Positions 18,345-26,176 of a stretch of DNA of 32,000 bases are shown here, piece after piece. The stretch lies in assembly GCA_041659405.1 (NCBI GenBank), contig JBAZYK010000013.1, forward strand, positions 1 to 32,000, written 5' to 3'. Positions within the stretch are counted from its first letter, which is position 1. Every line of letters starts with the position of its first letter. The notes beneath the pieces were generated by a model. It had not been told where the DNA came from. It searched no databases and worked only from the letters and a program-made list of their open reading frames with translations. The position numbers and the translations under genes are program-made. Source of the DNA: Candidatus Altimarinota bacterium. Its GTDB lineage: Bacteria; Patescibacteriota; Gracilibacteria; UBA1369.

Positions 18345-19547
18345 ATGGTCAAAAAAACTATCCAGACTAATTGGCAAACCAAAAAACTCGATGAAGTCTG
18401 TGATTTAATAACTTGTGGCGTGGCTGCTAGGCCTAATTATGTTGTGAATGGTACTCCATTTCTTTCTGCAAAAAATGTAAAAAATGGCCAAGTAATTTGG
18501 AATGGTTTTAATTGTATTTCTGAAAGTACTCATAAAGAATTAACGAAAAATAATAAACCCATGGTTGGCGATATATTGTATACACGCGTAGGTAGCTATG
18601 GAGAAGCAGCAGTTGTTGAGGATAATATTGAATTTAGTATATTTGTTAGCCTTACCTTAATTAAGGTAAATAAGAATTTATTAAATAATTATTTTTTAAA
18701 ATATTATCTTAATTCGAGTTATATAAAAAGTTTGGCAAAGAGCAGTATTAGCAGTTCTGGTGTCGGTAATTTAAATGTTGGGTCAGTTCGAGATTTTCCA
18801 ATATCTTTCCCCCCCATTCCCGAACAACGCCGCATCGTAAAAATCCTCGATGAAGCTTTTGAAAAAACCGCAAAAGCCAAAGAAAACGCCGAAAAAAATC
18901 TACAAAATGCCAAAGAGCTTTTTGAATCGTATTTACATAGTGTTTTTACCAATTCGGGAAAGGATTGGGAGGAGGAAGAATTGGGTGATATTTGTGAAGT
19001 TGAGTATGGATACACCGAAAAAGCAAAAAACAACGGTGACTATCGGTTTGTAAGGATCACTGACACAGACGAAAATGGTTTACTGACAAAAGAAAATAAG
19101 ATGTACATAGATTCTTTTGACGGGGCGGATAAATATGTTTTGAATGACGGAGATTTGCTCATGGCTCGAACGGGTGCTTCTGCAGGTAATGTATTATTAT
19201 TTGAGGGTGATGAAGATGCAGTATTTGCATCGTACCTAATTAGAATGAAATTTAAAAAAGAAATATTAAGTAAGCTGTATTGGTATTTCTCAAAATCTAA
19301 AATTTATTGGGATCAAGTTAGCCAACTATCCGCTGGTTCGGCGCAACCTCAATTTAACGGCGGCGCACTAAAGCAGGTCATTTTTTCTTATCCAAAATTT
19401 TTCTCTGAACAAAAGGCCATCGTCGCTCACCTCGACGCCCTCTCCGCCGAAACCAAAAAGCTCGAATCAATTTATAAACAAAAGCTCACTAATCTGGAAG
19501 AGCTCAAGAAATCAGTGCTCAAAAAAGCATTTTCTGGTCAATTGTAG
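18345..19547 (+). CDS. hsdS: Type I restriction-modification system, specificity subunit
   Basis: 400 aa; TRD1, FPPIPEQRRIVKILDEAFEK, TRD2, FFSEQKAIVAHLDALSAETKKLESIYKQKLTNLEELKKSVLKKAFSGQL. Confidence 0.95.
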   Translation: MVKKTIQTNWQTKKLDEVCDLITCGVAARPNYVVNGTPFLSAKNVKNGQVIWNGFNCISESTHKELTKNNKPMVGDILYTRVGSYGEAAVVEDNIEFSIFVSLTLIKVNKNLLNNYFLKYYLNSSYIKSLAKSSISSSGVGNLNVGSVRDFPISFPPIPEQRRIVKILDEAFEKTAKAKENAEKNLQNAKELFESYLHSVFTNSGKDWEEEELGDICEVEYGYTEKAKNNGDYRFVRITDTDENGLLTKENKMYIDSFDGADKYVLNDGDLLMARTGASAGNVLLFEGDEDAVFASYLIRMKFKKEILSKLYWYFSKSKIYWDQVSQLSAGSAQPQFNGGALKQVIFSYPKFFSEQKAIVAHLDALSAETKKLESIYKQKLTNLEELKKSVLKKAFSGQL

Positions 19548-19570
19548 ATTTTTATAATTAATTTAATTTT

Positions 19571-20140
19571 ATGGCTAATATTATCACAAAAACAGCTGAA
19601 GAATTGTCAGAAACGGATGATCTTGTTATTGATGAGCTATTGCATTCATCAAATGTATTTATTGTGTTACATCCCACTGAGGATAAGGAGGATTTAAATA
19701 TTGTTAAAGAATTGGGAAATGCCTTGAATTATATGGGTAACATGTTTGCATATGAAGAACTAGGGGGAAAAGGAGGTGGGGGTTGTGATTTATTACCATC
19801 CCTTTCAGATGTTATATTTTATTCGGTTGCTTTTGTCGTAACAACATCTGCAACAACTTTTATTACTGAGTTAACAAAAGATATATATAAATCTACATTA
19901 AAAAAGTTGTTTGATAAAAAAAAGAATTCTTCCTATGAAGATGGTAAGTTTGTGCTCAAATTGACAACGTCTGCAGGCTCAACCATTACTTATTATTTCC
20001 AAAAATATTTAACTAATGATGAATTTATTGAAGCATTAGTACTTGTGCGGGATCATTTTATTAATTTTGAAAATAGCCATAAAATTGAATATCTTGATTT
20101 TATATTTGATAGAAAAGAAAATTCCTGGATGCCGCTATAG
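19571..20140 (+). CDS. Unknown protein lying between hsdS and an hsdS-tail remnant
   Basis: 189 aa complete ORF with ATG; hydrophobic stretch LSDVIFYSVAFVVTTSATTFI followed by ELTKDIYKSTLKKLFDKKK. No recognised family. Confidence 0.6.
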   Translation: MANIITKTAEELSETDDLVIDELLHSSNVFIVLHPTEDKEDLNIVKELGNALNYMGNMFAYEELGGKGGGGCDLLPSLSDVIFYSVAFVVTTSATTFITELTKDIYKSTLKKLFDKKKNSSYEDGKFVLKLTTSAGSTITYYFQKYLTNDEFIEALVLVRDHFINFENSHKIEYLDFIFDRKENSWMPL

Positions 20141-20221
20141 AATTTTGTAGTTTATATCCATCTGCATAAATATTAAGTTTTCTTATCGGCTTTGTATACT
20201 CGAGCCACGAAATGTCCTCGA

Positions 20222-20317
20222 ACCAAAAAACTCGAAGCAATCTATCGCCAAAAACTCGCAAAGCTGGAAGAACTCAAGAAATCCGTCCTGAAAAAAGCTT
20301 TTGCGGGGGAATTGTAA
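20222..20317 (+). pseudogene. Remnant of a second hsdS C-terminal tail
   Basis: Manual translation TKKLEAIYRQKLAKLEELKKSVLKKAFAGEL* closely matches the hsdS C-terminus TKKLESIYKQKLTNLEELKKSVLKKAFSGQL*, but at clearly diverged nucleotide identity. Confidence 0.85.
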
Positions 20318-20336
20318 ATTATGTTACACTTAAAAC

Positions 20337-20506
20337 ATGAGCAAACTATTACCAAAAAAACGAGGCGACACACTGGTTAAAACCATAGAGAAAAAGTATG
20401 GCGTTGATTTAGGGTATCGGTCAGACGCTCAGCTTCATACTGTGCTAAAAAAAGAAGGCCTGCCCTCTCTTTCCAAGCTTTTGAAAATGGTACACAAAGA
20501 GATATA
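20337..20506 (+). pseudogene. Small basic protein with apparent single-nucleotide frameshift
   Basis: Frame 1: MSKLLPKKRGDTLVKTIEKKYGVDLGYRSDAQLHTVLKKEGLPLFPSF* (stop 20481-20483). Shifting by one nucleotide near 20461 gives ...KKEGL(P)SLSKLLKMVHKEI* (TAG 20504-20506). Confidence 0.45.
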
Positions 20507-20516
20507 GCTGAAATAT

Positions 20517-21050
20517 ATGAGCAATTTCGATTTTATTAAAGATGAAAATCTCCGTAACACACTGGATGATGCCATTGAGTTTATTTATGTACTTTTTAAA
20601 AGATCTAAAGAAGAAGGGCAAAAAGAATTATACAAAGAGGAAACACATAGAATAATAATTTTATATGTTGTGTCGGCAATAGAAGCCGTCTTGCTTTACT
20701 TCTATAAAGATCGAGGCGAAAGAATTAAACATCCAGAATATAAGTTTGTTCAGGCATTGTCCCCAAAGTTTGGACACAGCGAGAAAAAGGGTTGCCCTTT
20801 AGTAATCGCGGTTCAAGAAAAAAAAGAGAAAGATCAAATAGGCATGCGCGATCTCGTAACTTTTTTTAAAGCTAAAAAACTCATAGAAGAAAAAATGGCA
20901 AATGACATTTTAGAATTAAATGACGTAAGAAATACATTTCATTTAAGTAAGCCACGAGCTAAAAGTTGCGATGTGAAGCAGGTTGAGGCTGCGCTTCAGT
21001 TATTAGTGCATACAATTGAAAATGCACCAAAGGCATTAGAGAAAAAATAA
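20517..21050 (+). CDS. Unknown, HEPN-like helical protein
   Basis: 177 aa; central IILYVVSAIEAVLLYFY and C-terminal LNDVRNTFHLSKPRA, resembling the RNxxxH region of HEPN domains with a shortened spacing. Confidence 0.5.
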   Translation: MSNFDFIKDENLRNTLDDAIEFIYVLFKRSKEEGQKELYKEETHRIIILYVVSAIEAVLLYFYKDRGERIKHPEYKFVQALSPKFGHSEKKGCPLVIAVQEKKEKDQIGMRDLVTFFKAKKLIEEKMANDILELNDVRNTFHLSKPRAKSCDVKQVEAALQLLVHTIENAPKALEKK

Positions 21051-21061
21051 AAAACATTACT

Positions 21062-21253
21062 ATGACTGATGAAGAAATAGCTATCAAACAGCAAGCGAAC
21101 GAATTTGCCCAAAAGACCAGGAAGGAAGACACTTCCAGTGATTTTTCCAAGTTTTTTCGTAAAGCGTCTTATGCTCAGAAAAGGAAGGTGTTTTTGGAGG
21201 TAGCCAAGAAGGCAAGCAAGGAACAACTAGAAGTTATTCAGAGTGTTCAATAA
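21062..21253 (+). CDS. Small hypothetical protein
   Basis: 63 aa charged, helical; 11 nt after the preceding stop and in the same direction. Confidence 0.5.
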   Translation: MTDEEIAIKQQANEFAQKTRKEDTSSDFSKFFRKASYAQKRKVFLEVAKKASKEQLEVIQSVQ

Positions 21254-21304
21254 ATCCATCCTAAAAAAGGCATTTAGCGCTAGCCTATAGCAATTTCTTT
21301 AAAT

Positions 21305-21346
21305 AGGTACAATTTAGGTATAAAATAGGTATAATTAGACCTATTT
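21305..21346 (+). repeat. Three tandem 11-bp repeats plus an inverted half-site upstream of hsdR; candidate operator
   Basis: AGGTACAATTT / AGGTATAAAAT / AGGTATAATTA at 21305, 21316 and 21327, followed by inverted GACCTATTT at 21338-21346; ATG at 21371. Confidence 0.7.
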
Positions 21347-21370
21347 CTACTATAATTTGAAAAATAACCT

Positions 21371-23722
21371 ATGAACGAATCAGAAACCCGCGCGGAATAT
21401 ATTGACCCCAAGCTTAAACAAAGTGGCTGGGGAGAAATAGAAGGATCAAAAATTCTTCGTGAATTTCGCATTACAGAGGGCAGAATTCAGGTTGGCGGCA
21501 CGCGCATGAAGCCGGAAATTGCCGATTATGTTTTAGTGTACAAAAATGTGAAACTTGCCGTGATTGAGGCTAAAAAAGAAGATTTAAGTGCTACCGAAGG
21601 CGCGGCTCAGGCAAAAGCTTATGCTGAAAAATTGAAGATTGATCATACCTACGCAACTAATGGTAAGAAAATTTACGAGATTTCCATGAAAACCGGCGTG
21701 GAGGGCTATGTGGACTCTTTTCCAACTCCGGAAGAATTATGGAACAAGGTTTTTGCGCGTCACAATGAATGGCGCGAGAAATTTTTGGCAGTTCCGTCGG
21801 AAGGAGAATACGGGAAACGGTATTATCAAGAACTTGCCATTAATAGGGCATTAGAGGCTATTGCTGAAGAAAAGAAACGAATCTTGCTAACTTTAGCCAC
21901 CGGAACCGGCAAGACGATTATCGCCTTCCAGATAGCCTGGAAACTCTTCCAGACCCGTTGGAATATAAAGCGTGATGGAAGCAGAAGACCAAGGGTTCTT
22001 TTTCTTGCGGATCGCAATATTTTGGCAGATCAGGCTTTCAACTCATTTTCATCTTTTGCTGAGGACGCATTGGTGCGCATTAACCCCGCAGACATAAAGA
22101 AAAAGGGGAATGTGCCAACAAATGGCAGTATTTTCTTCACGATTTTCCAGACTTTTATGAGTGGGCCGAATAATACGCCTTATTATGGCGATTATCCTGC
22201 TGATTTCTTTGATTTTATTATTATTGATGAGTGTCACCGTGGCGGTTCAAATGACGAATCAAACTGGCGGGGGATTCTGGAGCATTTTTCTCCGGCTGTT
22301 CAGCTCGGTTTAACCGCAACTCCAAAACGAAAAGATAATATTGATACTTACAAATATTTTGGCGAACCGGTTTACATTTATTCGCTTAAAGAAGGGATCA
22401 ATGATGGCTTTTTAACGCCATTTAAAGTCAAAAGGATTCAAACGACTCTTGATGAGTACGTTTATACTTCCGATGATCAGATTGTTGAGGGCGAGGTGGA
22501 AGAAGGGAAAATTTATGAAGAATCCGATTTTAATAGAATTATCGAGATCAAGGAGCGCGAAGCAAAACGCGTTCAAATCATGCTGGACGAAATCAATCAA
22601 AACGAGAAAACGATTGTGTTCTGCGCGTCGCAGGATCATGCGCTTGCGGTACGGGACTTAATCAATCAAACCAAAAAAAGTTCAGATCCAAATTATTGTG
22701 TGCGTGTAACTGCTAACGATGGTGCGCGCGGTGAGCAGTTTTTACGGGCTTTTCAGGATAATGAAAAAACTATTCCAACAATTCTGACCACTTCCCAAAA
22801 GCTGTCCACGGGTGTTGATGCCCGCAATATTCGCAATATTGTTTTGATGCGTCCGATCAACTCCATGATTGAATTTAAGCAGATTGTAGGGCGCGGAACG
22901 CGTCTTTTTGATGGAAAAGAGTATTTTACGATCTTTGATTTTGTCGATGCCTATAAGCATTTTTCTGATCCACAGTGGGACGGCGAGCCAATCGATGAAA
23001 CAACCGAAAATAAAGAGCCAAAAAATACGAATTATGATGTCGATCCTTCTAAAAACAGTGGATTAGCTTTAGCTGATGGGGATTTTGAAGGTTTTGAACC
23101 AAAGAAAAAATTGAAAATAAAATTGCGGGACGGCAAAGAACGTGAAATCAAACACATGATCTCTACTTCCTTCTGGAGCGCCGACGGCAAGCCAATTTCA
23201 ACGGAAGAGTTTTTGCAAAATATGTTTGGGACTCTGCCGGAGTTTTTTGCCAATGAAGATGAATTGCGGAAAATCTGGTCAAATCCAAAAACAAGAAAAA
23301 TGTTTTTAGAGAAGATTGCGGATCTTGGATACGGGAAAGATCAGCTAATAACATTACAAAAAATGATCGACGCCGAAAAAAGCGATATTTTTGATGTACT
23401 TGCCTATATTTCCTTTGCCACACCGCCAATTTCCAGAAAAGAACGTGTAGATGAAGCAAAAGATGCCATTCTAAAGCCACTTGATGAACAGCAAAAAGAT
23501 TTCTTTGGATTTGTGCTGAACGAATATGTTGAAAATGGAGTAGAAGAGCTCGACGAAGAAAAATTGCCTGATCTGCTAAATCTGAAATATCACGCAATCT
23601 CTGATGCTGAAAAAGCGCTTGGTGGAGTCGAAAAGATCAGGTCGACCTTTTTCAATTTTCAAAAGGATTTATACTTAAACAAGCGTAAAGTTGAGGTGAA
23701 AAATGTGAAGTCGCCAAAGTGA
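21371..23722 (+). CDS. hsdR: Type I restriction endonuclease subunit R (EcoEI-like family)
   Basis: 783 aa; PEIADYVLVYKNVKLAVIEAKKE (nuclease core), LATGTGKT, IIDECHRGG, GLTATPKR, QIVGRGTRLFDGK. Confidence 0.95.
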   Translation: MNESETRAEYIDPKLKQSGWGEIEGSKILREFRITEGRIQVGGTRMKPEIADYVLVYKNVKLAVIEAKKEDLSATEGAAQAKAYAEKLKIDHTYATNGKKIYEISMKTGVEGYVDSFPTPEELWNKVFARHNEWREKFLAVPSEGEYGKRYYQELAINRALEAIAEEKKRILLTLATGTGKTIIAFQIAWKLFQTRWNIKRDGSRRPRVLFLADRNILADQAFNSFSSFAEDALVRINPADIKKKGNVPTNGSIFFTIFQTFMSGPNNTPYYGDYPADFFDFIIIDECHRGGSNDESNWRGILEHFSPAVQLGLTATPKRKDNIDTYKYFGEPVYIYSLKEGINDGFLTPFKVKRIQTTLDEYVYTSDDQIVEGEVEEGKIYEESDFNRIIEIKEREAKRVQIMLDEINQNEKTIVFCASQDHALAVRDLINQTKKSSDPNYCVRVTANDGARGEQFLRAFQDNEKTIPTILTTSQKLSTGVDARNIRNIVLMRPINSMIEFKQIVGRGTRLFDGKEYFTIFDFVDAYKHFSDPQWDGEPIDETTENKEPKNTNYDVDPSKNSGLALADGDFEGFEPKKKLKIKLRDGKEREIKHMISTSFWSADGKPISTEEFLQNMFGTLPEFFANEDELRKIWSNPKTRKMFLEKIADLGYGKDQLITLQKMIDAEKSDIFDVLAYISFATPPISRKERVDEAKDAILKPLDEQQKDFFGFVLNEYVENGVEELDEEKLPDLLNLKYHAISDAEKALGGVEKIRSTFFNFQKDLYLNKRKVEVKNVKSPK

Positions 23723-23823
23723 GCATTTTCTTCTTTACACGCCCCTTCCATATTTCGCCAAAATAGGCTAAATTATTGGCCTTGTATTATTTTTGGCCGC
23801 CTGGCCTCTACGCCCCTCACACT

Positions 23824-25287
23824 ATGGCTAACAACGAAACAATCATCAGCTTTGACGCAGTCTCATTTGAATATCTTCATGATAAACCGCTATTAAACGA
23901 AGCCAGCTTTTCTGTCCGCAGAGGGAGCAAAGTGACTTTTATGGGCCAAAACGGCGCCGGTAAAAGTACGATTTTTAAACTTTTGGCTGGAACCTTAAAG
24001 CCTCAATCAGGACACGTAAACGTTGTTCCTCGCCTTACCATCGCCACTGCGCATCAGGTTATGCCGGCAACTGACCGCGAATTAACCGTAAGCGAATTTT
24101 TTCAAAAATGTTTCCACGAAAAAAAGTACGATCTTGATCGCCGCATTGATGAAATTCTTGAAGTGGTAAATCTTCATGCTCCACATGACAAAATCGTTAA
24201 AGCTTTTTCCGGAGGACAGCAGGCCAGATTATTGCTTGCTGCAGCCCTTATTCAGGATCCTGATTTGTTGCTTCTGGATGAACCGACCAATAATCTTGAT
24301 AAAACCGGTATTGAACATTTGACCGACTTTCTAATCAACTACCCAAAAACGTGCATAGTTATTTCCCATGATGAAGACTTTTTGAATGCTTTCACCGAAG
24401 GAGTTTTGTATTTGGATATTTTTACCCGCAAAGTTGAACAGTATGTTGGTAATTATTTTGATGCCGTTGCGGAAATTGCCATTCGTATCGAAAAGGAAAA
24501 TCGCAAAAATGCCCAGCTGGCAAAAGAGATTCAAGAGAACAAAGAGCAGGCCAATGTTTTCGCCCATAAAGGTGGTAAATTAAGACTTGTGGCAAAACGC
24601 ATGCGTGAAAAAGCTGAAGAGTTTGAGGAAAACAAGGTCGATGTCCGTCGTGAAGATCAAACCATTCGCAATTTTACGATCCCCGCGCAGGAAGATCTTT
24701 CCGGTGAAATTTTGAAAATTTCTTCATTGATGGTTATAAAAAATCATCAGCCAACTACAAAAAAGGCCAAAATTTCTTTAAGAAAAAATCAGCATTTGCT
24801 TCTTTCCGGCCCAAACGGAATCGGCAAAAGTACGCTGCTTGAATCTTTGGCGCAGGGGACTGCTACAGGCGCAAAGATCGATCCAAGTGTCAGAGTTGGC
24901 TATTATCGCCAGGATTTTTCCACGCTTAATTTTGAGCACACAGTCCACCAGGCGCTTCACGAAGCCCTAAAGTTGTCAGGAGAAGAACTCCATGAAGAAA
25001 TTCTTCGTTCGGTGGCATCAGGCTTTCTTATCACCAGAGAACTGATTAACAGCAAAATCGGCAACATTTCCGAAGGTCAAAAAGGGCTGGTTGCGTTTGC
25101 CTGTCTGGTTTTGCAAAAGCCGGGACTTTTAATTTTGGATGAGCCGACCAACCATATTAATTTCCGCCATCTTCCGATTATTGCCGCCGCGCTGGACCAA
25201 TATGAAGGAGCCATGATTCTGGTTTCCCACGTGCCGGAATTCGTTGAACAGATCAGAATTGATGAAATTCTTGATCTTAATAAATAA
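23824..25287 (+). CDS. ABC-F family ATPase (two tandem ABC domains)
   Basis: GQNGAGKST / FSGGQQARLLLAAAL / LLLLDEPTNNLD and GPNGIGKST / ISEGQKGLVAFACLV / LLILDEPTNHI. The ATG at 23824 (MANNET) is a likelier start than the track start at 23776. Confidence 0.9.
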   Translation: MANNETIISFDAVSFEYLHDKPLLNEASFSVRRGSKVTFMGQNGAGKSTIFKLLAGTLKPQSGHVNVVPRLTIATAHQVMPATDRELTVSEFFQKCFHEKKYDLDRRIDEILEVVNLHAPHDKIVKAFSGGQQARLLLAAALIQDPDLLLLDEPTNNLDKTGIEHLTDFLINYPKTCIVISHDEDFLNAFTEGVLYLDIFTRKVEQYVGNYFDAVAEIAIRIEKENRKNAQLAKEIQENKEQANVFAHKGGKLRLVAKRMREKAEEFEENKVDVRREDQTIRNFTIPAQEDLSGEILKISSLMVIKNHQPTTKKAKISLRKNQHLLLSGPNGIGKSTLLESLAQGTATGAKIDPSVRVGYYRQDFSTLNFEHTVHQALHEALKLSGEELHEEILRSVASGFLITRELINSKIGNISEGQKGLVAFACLVLQKPGLLILDEPTNHINFRHLPIIAAALDQYEGAMILVSHVPEFVEQIRIDEILDLNK

Positions 25288-25332
25288 CCGCTCCGATTTT
25301 GAGCGTTTCGCCAGGCCATAAATCACTTAATC

Positions 25333-25355
25333 GGCCCTTCCAATCCGGAAGAGCC
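25333..25355. terminator. Stem-loop between ABC-F gene and small basic ORF; possible terminator
   Basis: GGCCCTTCC-AATCC-GGAAGAGCC: stem with one mismatch and a 5-nt loop, no clear U-tract. Confidence 0.3.
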
Positions 25356-25365
25356 TGAAAATGAT

Positions 25366-25467
25366 TTATTTTCTTGCTGCTTTCTTAGCTCTTTTTGCTT
25401 CCAATCTTTCTTTTGGATTTAGCTTTGGTGCTTTTTTTCCTTCTCTTTTTGGTTTGTCTCCAGCCAT
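25366..25467 (-). CDS. Very small highly basic protein (33 aa), below the ORF-track cutoff
   Basis: Manual translation of the minus strand: MAGDKPKREGKKAPKLNPKERLEAKRAKKAARK*; same strand as engB. Confidence 0.5.
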   Translation of the reverse strand: MAGDKPKREGKKAPKLNPKERLEAKRAKKAARK

Positions 25468-25583
25468 GGTGAAAAGATTAAAAAATATTTGATGGATAAA
25501 AATCCATTACCAAAATAATAAACCAAATGTCCGTAATTTCATACAAGAAATGAAATTATTTACAGTCAGCCTATGTTCAACAA

Positions 25584-26156
25584 TTAATATTTGGAAATTT
25601 CCTCAGTCAGCGCGCCAATGCCAATGTTTTTTACTGATGAGTATGGGAAAACTTTATGGCCACCAACGGCATCCTGAATTTTTTTAAGCTTCATTTTATA
25701 TTCGGAATTTTTGATTTTGTCGATTTTATTCGCAACAACCACAATGTTTTTTTGAGCTGCTTCCAAACACTCAAGCATCTCTAAATCGTTAGCGGTTACA
25801 CCTATATTCGCATCAATGATCAGTACAATTATTTTTTGCTCATAGCGCGACTCAAACAAATACCAGTTGATCAATTTTTTCAGTTTGTCGCGTCCTGCTC
25901 CGGAAACTCTGGCAAATCCATATCCCGGTAAATCCACCAGATAAAATTTATTATTAATCAAAAATAAATTTATTTGCTGGGTGCGCCCCGGAAAAGCACT
26001 GGTTCTGGCCAAATCTTTCTGTTTGGTCAAAGAATTAATGATACTGGATTTACCCACATTGGACCTGCCAATAAACGCAATTTGTGGCCTGTCGTCGTCC
26101 AAATTCCAATCTTCATCAACTATGCCCTTTAAAAATTTTGCAGATTTTATATTCAT
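25584..26156 (-). CDS. engB: Ribosome biogenesis GTP-binding protein YihA/YsxC
   Basis: GRSNVGKSSIINSL (G1), FPGRTQQINLF, LVDLPGYGFA (G3), VANKIDK (G4). Confidence 0.95.
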   Translation of the reverse strand: MNIKSAKFLKGIVDEDWNLDDDRPQIAFIGRSNVGKSSIINSLTKQKDLARTSAFPGRTQQINLFLINNKFYLVDLPGYGFARVSGAGRDKLKKLINWYLFESRYEQKIIVLIIDANIGVTANDLEMLECLEAAQKNIVVVANKIDKIKNSEYKMKLKKIQDAVGGHKVFPYSSVKNIGIGALTEEISKY

Positions 26157-26176
26157 AAATCCATTATATCAGGAAA

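Noticed and set aside
23032-23597. Minus-strand ORFs (144 aa and 73 aa) within hsdR
   Set aside because: Antisense to hsdR with no independent motif or start signal.
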